Shown piece after piece: positions 57,133 to 64,000 of a stretch of DNA of 64,000 nucleotides. The position numbers and the translations under genes are program-made. Where the stretch lies: positions 30,158 through 94,157 of the forward strand of contig DFEZ01000002.1 in the NCBI GenBank assembly GCA_002369415.1, written 5' to 3'. Positions within the stretch are counted from its first letter, which is position 1. Every line of letters begins with the position of its first letter. The notes under the pieces are model-generated. The model was not told the origin of the DNA and made no database searches. It worked only from the letters and a program-made list of their open reading frames with translations. This stretch comes from Bacillales bacterium UBA3789. Lineage in GTDB: Bacteria; Bacillota_I; Bacilli_A; RF39; UBA660.

Positions 57133-59388
57133 TTCTTCATTTTCACTATATTGTACTAGTACTTCTCTTGGTTTAGAGTTTCCAGTAGCAGGACCTATGA
57201 TTCCGTCTTCTTCTAGTTTATCTATCATAGTAGCTGCTCTATTATAACCAATCTTAAATTTTCTTTGTAGAAGTGATGCACTTGCTTTTTGTTGTTTAAT
57301 AACAAAGTCAACTATTTCATCATAAAGATTTTCGCCTTCTGAAGTTGCCCCTTCGGAATTATTGTCTTCTTCTACTTCTTCTTTTTCTTCTTCAAGTTTT
57401 GTGAAGTTTCCAATATATTGAGCTTCTTGTTGTGACTTAGTAAAGTCAATTATTCTTTGGATTTCGTCATCTGTTATAAATGATCCTTGAATACGTGTTG
57501 GTGAGTTTTGACCAATTGGTAAGAAAAGCATATCTCCTTTTCCTAATAGTTTTTCAGCTCCTATTTGATCAAGGATTGTACGTGAGTCAATTCCAGATCC
57601 AACAGCAAATGCTATACGTGATGGAATGTTTGCTTTAATTAAACCTGTAATTACTTCTGTAGATGGTCTTTGTGTTGCAACGATCAAATGAATTCCTGCA
57701 GCACGTGCTTTTTGTGTAATTCTTAAAATTGAATCTTCAACTTCTTTAGCAGCAACCATCATTAAGTCAGATAACTCATCTATAATAACTACGATAAATG
57801 GCATTTTTTGTTTTTTCTCATTAGGATGAGATTTATTCCATTTTTCTATATACTCATTATATCCTTCAATTTTCTTTGTACCTGTATCACTAAATTGATG
57901 ATATCTTTTTTCCATTTCTTCAACCATTTTCTTTAATAGGATTGAAGCTTGTTTTGGATCTGATACAACAGGACATACTAAGTGTGGAACTCCGTTGTAG
58001 CAAGATAATTCAACTACTTTTGGATCGACCATAGCAAGTTTTACTTCATCTGGTTTTGCTCTCATAAGTATTGAACAAATAATTCCGTTAACACAAACTG
58101 ATTTTCCTGAACCAGTAGTACCAGCAATTAGTAAGTGTGGCATTTTATTAATTTCACAAACACCAATTTCTCCCATGATACTCTTTCCTAAAGGTACCAT
58201 TAATAATTTATCTGGAGATTGACGCATTGTCTTACTATCCATTATTTCAATAAAGTTTACTGCAGATGGAACATCATTAGCAAACTCAATTCCAACTGTA
58301 TTCTTTCCTGGGATTGGAGCTTCAATTCTAACATCTTTCTTAGATAAAGCTAGAGCTATCTCTCTATTTAAAGTTGTTATTTTATTAACTCTTGTACCAG
58401 ATGCTATTTCTAATTCATATTGAGATACTGTTGGTCCAATGTGAACTTCTACTACTTTAGCAATAACATTGAAACTTTCTAAAACTTTCTCTAACTTTTC
58501 AATGTTTGCAGTAATAGCAGCATTATCAGTAGCTTGATTTTTCTTCTTTGGTCTATTTAATAGATCAAGTGGTGGTAACTGATAATTAGCATTTATTTGT
58601 ACTTCCTCTGATGGGTTTTCTCCTTCTGGTTGTTCATTATTATTACTTGGAACCCCTGAAGGTGTTAATTTATTTTTTAAATCTTCTCTACTAATTGTTT
58701 GTTTATTAGAATCTTCATATTCTTCTGATCCATTACTAATTTTAACTTTAGTTCTTGGTTCTTCTTCATCATCTTTTTGTTTCTTAGAGTTATGTTCTTC
58801 TTTCTTCTCTTTAACTACATCTACTTGTTCTCTTAAGAAGTCTACTATTGAGAATCCTGTGAATAAACATATTCCTCCTACTATAAGTACTATTGAAACT
58901 ATTTGCATACCTTTATAAGCAAATAATGAAGAGAATATCATTGCAAATACTGCACCTATTATTCCTCCACCTGATAATCCCAAATTATCTACTGCTCCGT
59001 AGTCATACATTATTCTTGATGAACTAAGTAGTCCATTTAATGTATTTTTAAATATTACGCCATTCTCAATATCTACATTAAACCATTGTAATAGTGTTAG
59101 TAATCCTATTATAAATAAGTAGAATCCTAACATTTTTGTAGAAAAGAATTCAGGCCATTCTCCTTTTACAAATATATATATACCTAAAACAAATAATAAT
59201 ACTAGTGTAAAAATATATACAGTTCCTGTTAAAAAGAAACTTGCTGTAGCTATTGCTCTACCTACAATTCCTAATTTACCTATACCTGCTATAGCAGCAA
59301 TTATAAATAGGATTGCATATATTTCAGCTCTTATTGTGAATTGTCTTTTCTTCTTTCTTCCTCTTTTTGCCATAGCTTCTACTCCCAT
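57130..59388 (-). CDS. ftsK: DNA translocase FtsK/SpoIIIE.
   Basis: Four N-terminal TM helices. Walker A GTTGSGKSVCVN. C-terminal gamma domain (…QQKASASLLQRKFKIGYNRAATMIDKLE…). 752 aa. Confidence 0.9.
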   Translation of the reverse strand: MGVEAMAKRGRKKKRQFTIRAEIYAILFIIAAIAGIGKLGIVGRAIATASFFLTGTVYIFTLVLLFVLGIYIFVKGEWPEFFSTKMLGFYLFIIGLLTLLQWFNVDIENGVIFKNTLNGLLSSSRIMYDYGAVDNLGLSGGGIIGAVFAMIFSSLFAYKGMQIVSIVLIVGGICLFTGFSIVDFLREQVDVVKEKKEEHNSKKQKDDEEEPRTKVKISNGSEEYEDSNKQTISREDLKNKLTPSGVPSNNNEQPEGENPSEEVQINANYQLPPLDLLNRPKKKNQATDNAAITANIEKLEKVLESFNVIAKVVEVHIGPTVSQYELEIASGTRVNKITTLNREIALALSKKDVRIEAPIPGKNTVGIEFANDVPSAVNFIEIMDSKTMRQSPDKLLMVPLGKSIMGEIGVCEINKMPHLLIAGTTGSGKSVCVNGIICSILMRAKPDEVKLAMVDPKVVELSCYNGVPHLVCPVVSDPKQASILLKKMVEEMEKRYHQFSDTGTKKIEGYNEYIEKWNKSHPNEKKQKMPFIVVIIDELSDLMMVAAKEVEDSILRITQKARAAGIHLIVATQRPSTEVITGLIKANIPSRIAFAVGSGIDSRTILDQIGAEKLLGKGDMLFLPIGQNSPTRIQGSFITDDEIQRIIDFTKSQQEAQYIGNFTKLEEEKEEVEEDNNSEGATSEGENLYDEIVDFVIKQQKASASLLQRKFKIGYNRAATMIDKLEEDGIIGPATGNSKPREVLVQYSENEE

Positions 59389-59469
59389 CTTATATTCTTA
59401 TTATACTACAAATAAAAAAAATAATAATTAGTAAATGTAAAATTTGTCATAATACATTTACATATATTA

Positions 59470-60312
59470 TTATTTCTCTAATTCTACTGTTTTTGAAAAG
59501 TCTTCTTCAAGTAATTCTGGAGTAGAAGCAATTTGTTCTGCTAATTGAATAGATTTTGCAAAATAGAATCCATCTGCAATTCTTTCATCTAGAGTTGCTT
59601 GAATATCTACTATTTTTCTTCCATCAACATCTTTTATTGTTCCAATTACTATAACGATTGAATTTGTTCCATATTCATTTAAATGATGATAGCAAGAATT
59701 ATTCTTTATACTACCTAAATTACTAAATAAAATACTTGCATAATTTGTATCTCCATCAGTAATAAACTTAGGATTAATACCTTTTCTATCTAAGAAGAAT
59801 ATTATTCCAACTACTAAGTTTAATAACCATTTTGGTAGAGCAGTAAAGAACTTTAATACGCCTTCCATATTATTAGTTCCTTCTTGTCTAACATTAAAAA
59901 CATCTATAGCTGCTCTTTTACTCATAGTCATAATATTATCATCTTTTTTAATATCTAGACTTATCATTCTTTCTTCGCCTTCATCACTTAATTTATTCTT
60001 AGCGATAAAAGCAAATAACACTTTCTTTCTTTGATATAATCTTTTATCTTTTACGAATCTATTTAATGCTTCTCTACTATAAATTGTTTTTGCGAAGCAT
60101 GCCATTAGAGCATGAAAATAAGTTATTTTATAGCCTAAATCTTTTTCATTTATCTTATCAACATACTTAACTAATTCAGTAACATCCATATCTACTTGAC
60201 ATGATACTTCAGCATCACATCTATTTTTCATAATGAATGGTACAATTGCTTGAATTGTATCTTTTGGTCTGATCCAATCAGCATCTTTTCTTTTTTTAGT
60301 AAATAAACCCAT
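59470..60312 (-). CDS. CAT / 2-oxoacid dehydrogenase acyltransferase catalytic-domain-like protein.
   Basis: SCYHHLNEYG and TLDERIADGFYFAKS resemble the HHxxxDG catalytic signature of chloramphenicol acetyltransferase / E2 catalytic domains. 280 aa. Adjacent to the GT4 gene. Confidence 0.4.
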   Translation of the reverse strand: MGLFTKKRKDADWIRPKDTIQAIVPFIMKNRCDAEVSCQVDMDVTELVKYVDKINEKDLGYKITYFHALMACFAKTIYSREALNRFVKDKRLYQRKKVLFAFIAKNKLSDEGEERMISLDIKKDDNIMTMSKRAAIDVFNVRQEGTNNMEGVLKFFTALPKWLLNLVVGIIFFLDRKGINPKFITDGDTNYASILFSNLGSIKNNSCYHHLNEYGTNSIVIVIGTIKDVDGRKIVDIQATLDERIADGFYFAKSIQLAEQIASTPELLEEDFSKTVELEK

Positions 60313-60319
60313 AAATAAC

Positions 60320-61486
60320 CTACTTTCTTTTTTCTAATAATTCTAAGTATGATTTATATACTTCTTCTACCGATTTATCCCAAGTTATATAAATATCATT
60401 AAATGTATTTTTACATACTTTGTTATATTCTTTTTCGTTCTTCATTATTTCTAATATTCTATTTCCATATTCTTTATAATCATTATTAGAAATATATCCA
60501 TTTATATTATCTTTTATATTACAAGATGTTGCAGAATCTTTTAGGAATAACGTAGGTGTACTTTGAGAAGCTGCTTCTATTTGAACAATTGATGATGCAT
60601 CATACATTGATGGAAATAAGAATAAATCACTTCTTGCATAATAGTCTGCGAGTAACTCTCTATCTGTTACTTTTCCACAGAATACTATTTTGTCATTTAA
60701 ATCTAATTTATCAACATATTTCTTGAGGTCTTTCTCATCTTGACCAGTACCTACAAATAACATCTTGAATGGAATTTTATCTTTAATATAATTTAATGCA
60801 TCTACTATAAAAAATACATTTTTTAATTTATTTATTCTTCCTACAAATAAGAATACTTTTTCATTATCTTTTATATTATGTAATTTATTAATACGATTAT
60901 TTGCTTTTTCTTTATCTTTTACTGGTAGCATTTCTGTTGCATTATTCATTATTTTAGGCATCTTTTTATAATGATATTCTTCATAGAATATTCTTCCTAT
61001 TTCATTATTAACTGCCCAACATTCATCACATGCATCGTATATTTTTATCATTTCTTTAGTTAGCTGATTAGCAAGTGTTTTACTTTTAGTTGATCTTAAA
61101 AAGTCTTGTTTATATTGACTGTGCATTGTTCCAACTAAAACTTTATTCTTTCTTTTAGCATATTGCATTCCAAGTAATCCTAAAGTTGCTGGTGAATGTA
61201 TATGTATAATGTCTAACTTATATTTAACTAATTCATCAATAAACTTTAAATCTAATTTTGGTATAGGTAACGAATAGTCCAATACTGGTACTTTTAATGA
61301 CATACATCTTACTACTTTATATGGTAGTTTTGAATCATCAAATTTTTTATATGGAATCTTTGGAGCAAACACTATTACATTAGCATATTTTGATAATACT
61401 TTTGCATAGTTATCTACTACCATAACTACTCCATCTACCATTGGAAAAAAAGTATCTATAAAGAGTCCGATAGTAATCTTTTTCAT
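60320..61486 (-). CDS. Glycosyltransferase family 4 (retaining GT-B), probably a glycolipid (diacylglycerol glycosyl) synthase.
   Basis: MKKITIGLFIDTFFPMVDGVVMVVDNYAK GT4 N-terminus. E-x7-E region …SIVQIEAASQSTPTLF. 388 aa. Confidence 0.7.
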   Translation of the reverse strand: MKKITIGLFIDTFFPMVDGVVMVVDNYAKVLSKYANVIVFAPKIPYKKFDDSKLPYKVVRCMSLKVPVLDYSLPIPKLDLKFIDELVKYKLDIIHIHSPATLGLLGMQYAKRKNKVLVGTMHSQYKQDFLRSTKSKTLANQLTKEMIKIYDACDECWAVNNEIGRIFYEEYHYKKMPKIMNNATEMLPVKDKEKANNRINKLHNIKDNEKVFLFVGRINKLKNVFFIVDALNYIKDKIPFKMLFVGTGQDEKDLKKYVDKLDLNDKIVFCGKVTDRELLADYYARSDLFLFPSMYDASSIVQIEAASQSTPTLFLKDSATSCNIKDNINGYISNNDYKEYGNRILEIMKNEKEYNKVCKNTFNDIYITWDKSVEEVYKSYLELLEKRK

Positions 61487-61509
61487 ATCATCACCTCTTT
61501 TATTATAAC

Positions 61510-61542
61510 AAAAAAATAATTGACATAAAAGTCAATTATTAA
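61510..61542 (-). terminator. Rho-independent terminator of efp.
   Basis: AATAATTGAC-ATAAAA-GTCAATTATT plus T7 (minus-strand sense). Confidence 0.5.
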
Positions 61543-61547
61543 TTATA

Positions 61548-62105
61548 TTACGCTCTTGAAACATATTTTCCGTCAGCAGTAGAAACAATTATTGTTTCTC
61601 CTTCTTCAACGAATAATGGTACTCTTACCTTTAATCCAGTTTCACATTCAGCATCTTTTAATGCATTAGTTGTAGTGTTTCCTTTTACTGCTGGTTCTGT
61701 ATGTGTAATAACTAAATTAACTTTATCTGGTAAATCTATACCTAAGATTTCTCCTTCATAACTAGTTATATAAACTTCAAGGTTTTCTTTTAAGAATTTT
61801 GCTTGATCACTAATTTGTTCAGCTTTTAATTCTAATTGTTCATAAGTTTCCATATTCATGAAATAATAAACATCATTCATGTTATATAGATATTGCATTA
61901 ATTGTTTTTCAATACGTGCAGTTGCAACCTTAACTCCAGCGTTAAATGTTTGCTCGTAAATAGCACCTGTTCTTAAGTTTTTAAGTTTTGCTTTTACAAT
62001 AGCTGCACCTTTTCCTGGCTTTACGTGTTGTGTTTCCATTACTACATAAATATTTCCTTCATATTCAATAGTAATTCCGTTTTTTAAATCATTTGTACTT
62101 ATCAT
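61548..62105 (-). CDS. efp: Elongation factor P.
   Basis: MISTNDLKNGITIEYEGNIYVVMETQHVKPGKGAAIVKAKLKNLRTG. 185 aa. Confidence 0.9.
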   Translation of the reverse strand: MISTNDLKNGITIEYEGNIYVVMETQHVKPGKGAAIVKAKLKNLRTGAIYEQTFNAGVKVATARIEKQLMQYLYNMNDVYYFMNMETYEQLELKAEQISDQAKFLKENLEVYITSYEGEILGIDLPDKVNLVITHTEPAVKGNTTTNALKDAECETGLKVRVPLFVEEGETIIVSTADGKYVSRA

Positions 62106-62145
62106 ATTATCACTCCTAAACTAAAAAATAAGCTTTTGACTTATT

Positions 62146-62310
62146 TTACTTTTTCTCTTTATGTTCAGTATGTTTTCTACATCTAGGACAGTATTTATTT
62201 TTTTCAAGACGTTCAGTTGTATTTCTTACATTTCTTGGTTCTCTATAGTTTTCTTCTTTACATTCACTACATACTAAAGTTTTATATTGTCTATTTCCTA
62301 CTTTTGCCAT
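62146..62310 (-). CDS. rpmG: 50S ribosomal protein L33 (Zn-ribbon C+ form). Below the ORF-track cutoff; found by hand translation.
   Basis: rc translation MAKVGNRQYKTLVCSECKEENYREPRNVRNTTERLEKNKYCPRCRKHTEHKEKK (54 aa). Two CxxC pairs. SD AAGGAGGGAAGG 6 nt upstream. Confidence 0.8.
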   Translation of the reverse strand: MAKVGNRQYKTLVCSECKEENYREPRNVRNTTERLEKNKYCPRCRKHTEHKEKK

Positions 62311-62332
62311 TTTCCTTCCCTCCTTATACGCC

Positions 62333-62392
62333 TATAGGTATTATAACAAATAATTCCTATTTTTCAAAGAAAAATCGTTTATAATACCTATA
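62333..62392 (-). promoter_or_regulatory. rpmG promoter (-35 TTGAAA, -10 TATAAT) enclosed by a perfect 14-bp inverted repeat, TATAGGTATTATAA … TTATAATACCTATA.
   Basis: IR arms at 62333-62346 and 62379-62392. The -10 (rc of 62340-62345) lies inside the proximal arm; the -35 (rc of 62362-62367) lies between the arms. Confidence 0.35.
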
Positions 62393-62404
62393 TTTTGGCA
62401 AAAT

Positions 62405-62614
62405 TTACTTATGTCTTATTATATTTTCAACTTGTTCATCGAAATTTTCTACTGGAGTAAAGAATTCTTCTGTTGATGGAACTTCGATTTTTGGTCTAGA
62501 TTGTTCGTGTTCATATTCTCTTCTAGCTTGATCATTTGAACATGTTGTTAATGTACAAGCAAGAGCAATTGCCAATACTACTGGCCAACAGATATTTAAT
62601 TTTTTCATATTCAT
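62405..62614 (-). CDS. Small (69 aa) lipoprotein.
   Basis: MNMKKLNICWPVVLAIALACTLTTC-SND lipobox. Driven by the strong cassette promoter with a GAGGGGGAAT SD. Confidence 0.55.
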   Translation of the reverse strand: MNMKKLNICWPVVLAIALACTLTTCSNDQARREYEHEQSRPKIEVPSTEEFFTPVENFDEQVENIIRHK

Positions 62615-62634
62615 TCCCCCTCATAGTTGCACAT

Positions 62635-62663
62635 ATTATACCATATTTTACACTTTTTTTCAA
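62635..62663 (-). promoter_or_regulatory. Strong promoter: -35 TTGAAA, 17-nt spacer, extended -10 TGGTATAAT. Preceded by the upstream gene's terminator hairpin (AGAGAGC-TTA-GCTCTCT).
   Basis: rc reads TACTTGAAAAAAAGTGTAAAATATGGTATAATATGTGCAACTATGAGGGGGAATGAATATG. Same architecture as 36481-36536. Confidence 0.5.
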
Positions 62664-62685
62664 GTAAAAAGAGAGCTTAGCTCTC

Positions 62686-63336
62686 TTATTGAATTGGATT
62701 ATTAACAACTTGTTGTACTGGTTGTTGAACAACTGGTGCTTGTTGTTGAATTTGTGGTACTTGGACAACCTGTTGTACTACTTGTTGTTGTGGTGTTTGA
62801 ACTGCAGCCTGATTATGAATCAATTGTTGTGCATTTTGAGGTGATATTGCAGTTTGAATCCCCATTTGGATTCTTTTCTTTTCTTTTTTATCATCTTTTT
62901 TTAATACCTTTTTGAACATTCCTTCTACACCTTTCATAAGGTATCCTGCAGCAACAACACTTCCTGCAACTATAAATGATGATTTTACTCCCATTGCAAA
63001 TCCTCTATTGTACTCTGCACTTGTTTTTGGTTCATTTGATGATGTTGGATTTACAATAACATAATCATTTGCCACTACACTAGCATCAGGTTTTTTCTCT
63101 TCTTGTACCTCTGCTATTTTATTAATTGTATCTACACTTATTTTTATATCATCAATCATTTTATCGATTGCTTTTTGTGTATTTGATCCTAAATCTTTTA
63201 TATTTAGAACATCAAAGTTGATAAAGTTTGATCCTCTAGCATTTGCTACCATTTGATATGCAGATGCTAAGTCTTGATCTACCCCATTTAGTTTTAACTT
63301 AGCTGATCCTAATATTTCAAGTGCTTCATCAACCAC
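62686..63336 (-). CDS. Hypothetical protein with a central TM helix and a Q/V/P-rich C-terminal tail. Start uncertain (GTG at 63336 or an internal ATG).
   Basis: TM FIVAGSVVAAGYLMKGVEGMF. Tail QAAVQTPQQQVVQQVVQVPQIQQQAPVVQQPVQQVVNNPIQ. No in-frame ATG with an SD near the ORF start. Confidence 0.45.
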   Translation of the reverse strand: MVDEALEILGSAKLKLNGVDQDLASAYQMVANARGSNFINFDVLNIKDLGSNTQKAIDKMIDDIKISVDTINKIAEVQEEKKPDASVVANDYVIVNPTSSNEPKTSAEYNRGFAMGVKSSFIVAGSVVAAGYLMKGVEGMFKKVLKKDDKKEKKRIQMGIQTAISPQNAQQLIHNQAAVQTPQQQVVQQVVQVPQIQQQAPVVQQPVQQVVNNPIQ

Positions 63337-63394
63337 TTCATTTTTATAATTTAAAACGGTTATATTACATCATCTCCAATCAATCCATAGCAGC

Positions 63395-63715
63395 TTATGC
63401 TGTTGGGTGTTTAGCTCTATATTCAGCTAATTCTATCTTTTGTGCTTCATAAACTTGTAAAGCTTGTGAATATAGAGAGTCGGCAATTTCAGAGTACTCA
63501 GTTTTTAGGTTTTTAACATTTTTACCTAATTCATTAATAGAAAATTCAAGCGATGCATCGTCTACTGATAATGCTTTTTTAGAACACATTTCACCAGCAG
63601 CATGTATTTCATCACCACATACTGAAAAAGAGTCCATCGCAAGTTTAAATGCTTCACAACCATTTTTGATAGCTTCGATATCTATTAATTGAGATTCATC
63701 TGTTATACCATACAT
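63395..63715 (-). CDS. Hypothetical 106-aa helical protein.
   Basis: ORF with a decent SD context. No W-x-G motif and no other recognisable signature. Confidence 0.45.
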   Translation of the reverse strand: MYGITDESQLIDIEAIKNGCEAFKLAMDSFSVCGDEIHAAGEMCSKKALSVDDASLEFSINELGKNVKNLKTEYSEIADSLYSQALQVYEAQKIELAEYRAKHPTA

Positions 63716-63808
63716 ATAATATACCTCTTTTGTATCTTTTCCACCTATATTATTATTATTTCATTATTAAAGAAAAAAAACAAGGTTTTCAAATAAACTC
63801 TTGTCTTT

Positions 63809-64000
63809 TTAATTAACTTCTTTACATATCAATAATAAGTATGTTCCAGGTGGATCATAATGACATACTTGAAGAACTAATATCTTATCATTCTTAGTTA
63901 TTGATGAATCATCACTCTTATATAGAGTATTACTCATCAATCTTTCTATATGTTTTAAGAAATCTACATCATTTCTAAACGCTACTTTCATATGTTCATT
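63809..64000 (-). CDS. Hypothetical protein, possibly 5'-truncated by the window edge.
   Basis: ORF remains open to the window end (…NEH-MKVAFRNDVDFLKHIERLMSN…). Confidence 0.3.
   Translation of the reverse strand, partial: NEHMKVAFRNDVDFLKHIERLMSNTLYKSDDSSITKNDKILVLQVCHYDPPGTYLLLICKEVN

Noticed and set aside
62532-62768. 78-aa minus-strand ORF (MSKYHKFNNKHQ…).
   Set aside because: It overlaps the small lipoprotein gene start and the strong promoter/terminator cassette in another frame. Lys/Asn/Phe-rich AT-frame noise.
1-64000. Prophage, IS element or integrase.
   Set aside because: No transposase, integrase, terminal inverted repeat or phage structural signature was recognised. The accessory-looking genes are isolated single genes with native-like composition.

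Overview
AT-rich (~28-30% GC) chromosomal segment from a low-GC Firmicute, probably Erysipelotrichia- or Clostridia-like. It uses the standard genetic code: TGA serves as a stop, so it is not translation table 4. Nearly everything is on the minus strand and densely packed.

Housekeeping content:
- rnc, yidD, rpsT, miaA, mutL, uvrC, yneF and tkt.
- A PEGL-type, probably Ca2+-transporting P-type ATPase.
- A six-gene NAD salvage operon: pncA, pncB, nadE, nadD, an NrtR-like Nudix regulator and nadK.
- Two tandem PlsC acyltransferases, YitT, YlbL, hemW, lepA, an M16 peptidase pair, deoD, ftsK, a GT4 glycosyltransferase, efp and rpmG.
- tRNA-Thr(CGU) and tRNA-Arg(CCG).

Non-routine content:
- A dispersed, atypical type IV pilus/competence-like gene set:
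  - two tandem, recently duplicated large pilin paralogs between mutL and uvrC;
  - a ComGA/PilB-like ATPase with a ~280-aa P/V/Q/T-rich tail, next to two large pseudopilins;
  - one of those pseudopilins carries a Listeria-Bacteroides repeat plus an ALK/LTK-type glycine-rich domain.
- Two large internally repetitive proteins: a GGYG-module repeat protein and a protein with an internal ~90-aa duplication.
- An orphan 446-aa gene with a C-terminal Rx6H (HEPN-like) motif.
- A ZnuA-fold lipoprotein that has lost its metal ligands.
- A reused terminator-promoter-RBS cassette at several loci.
- A tRNA-bracketed three-gene islet.

No CRISPR array, IS element, integrase or obvious prophage was seen. 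All calls are from motif recognition by eye; no database search was possible.
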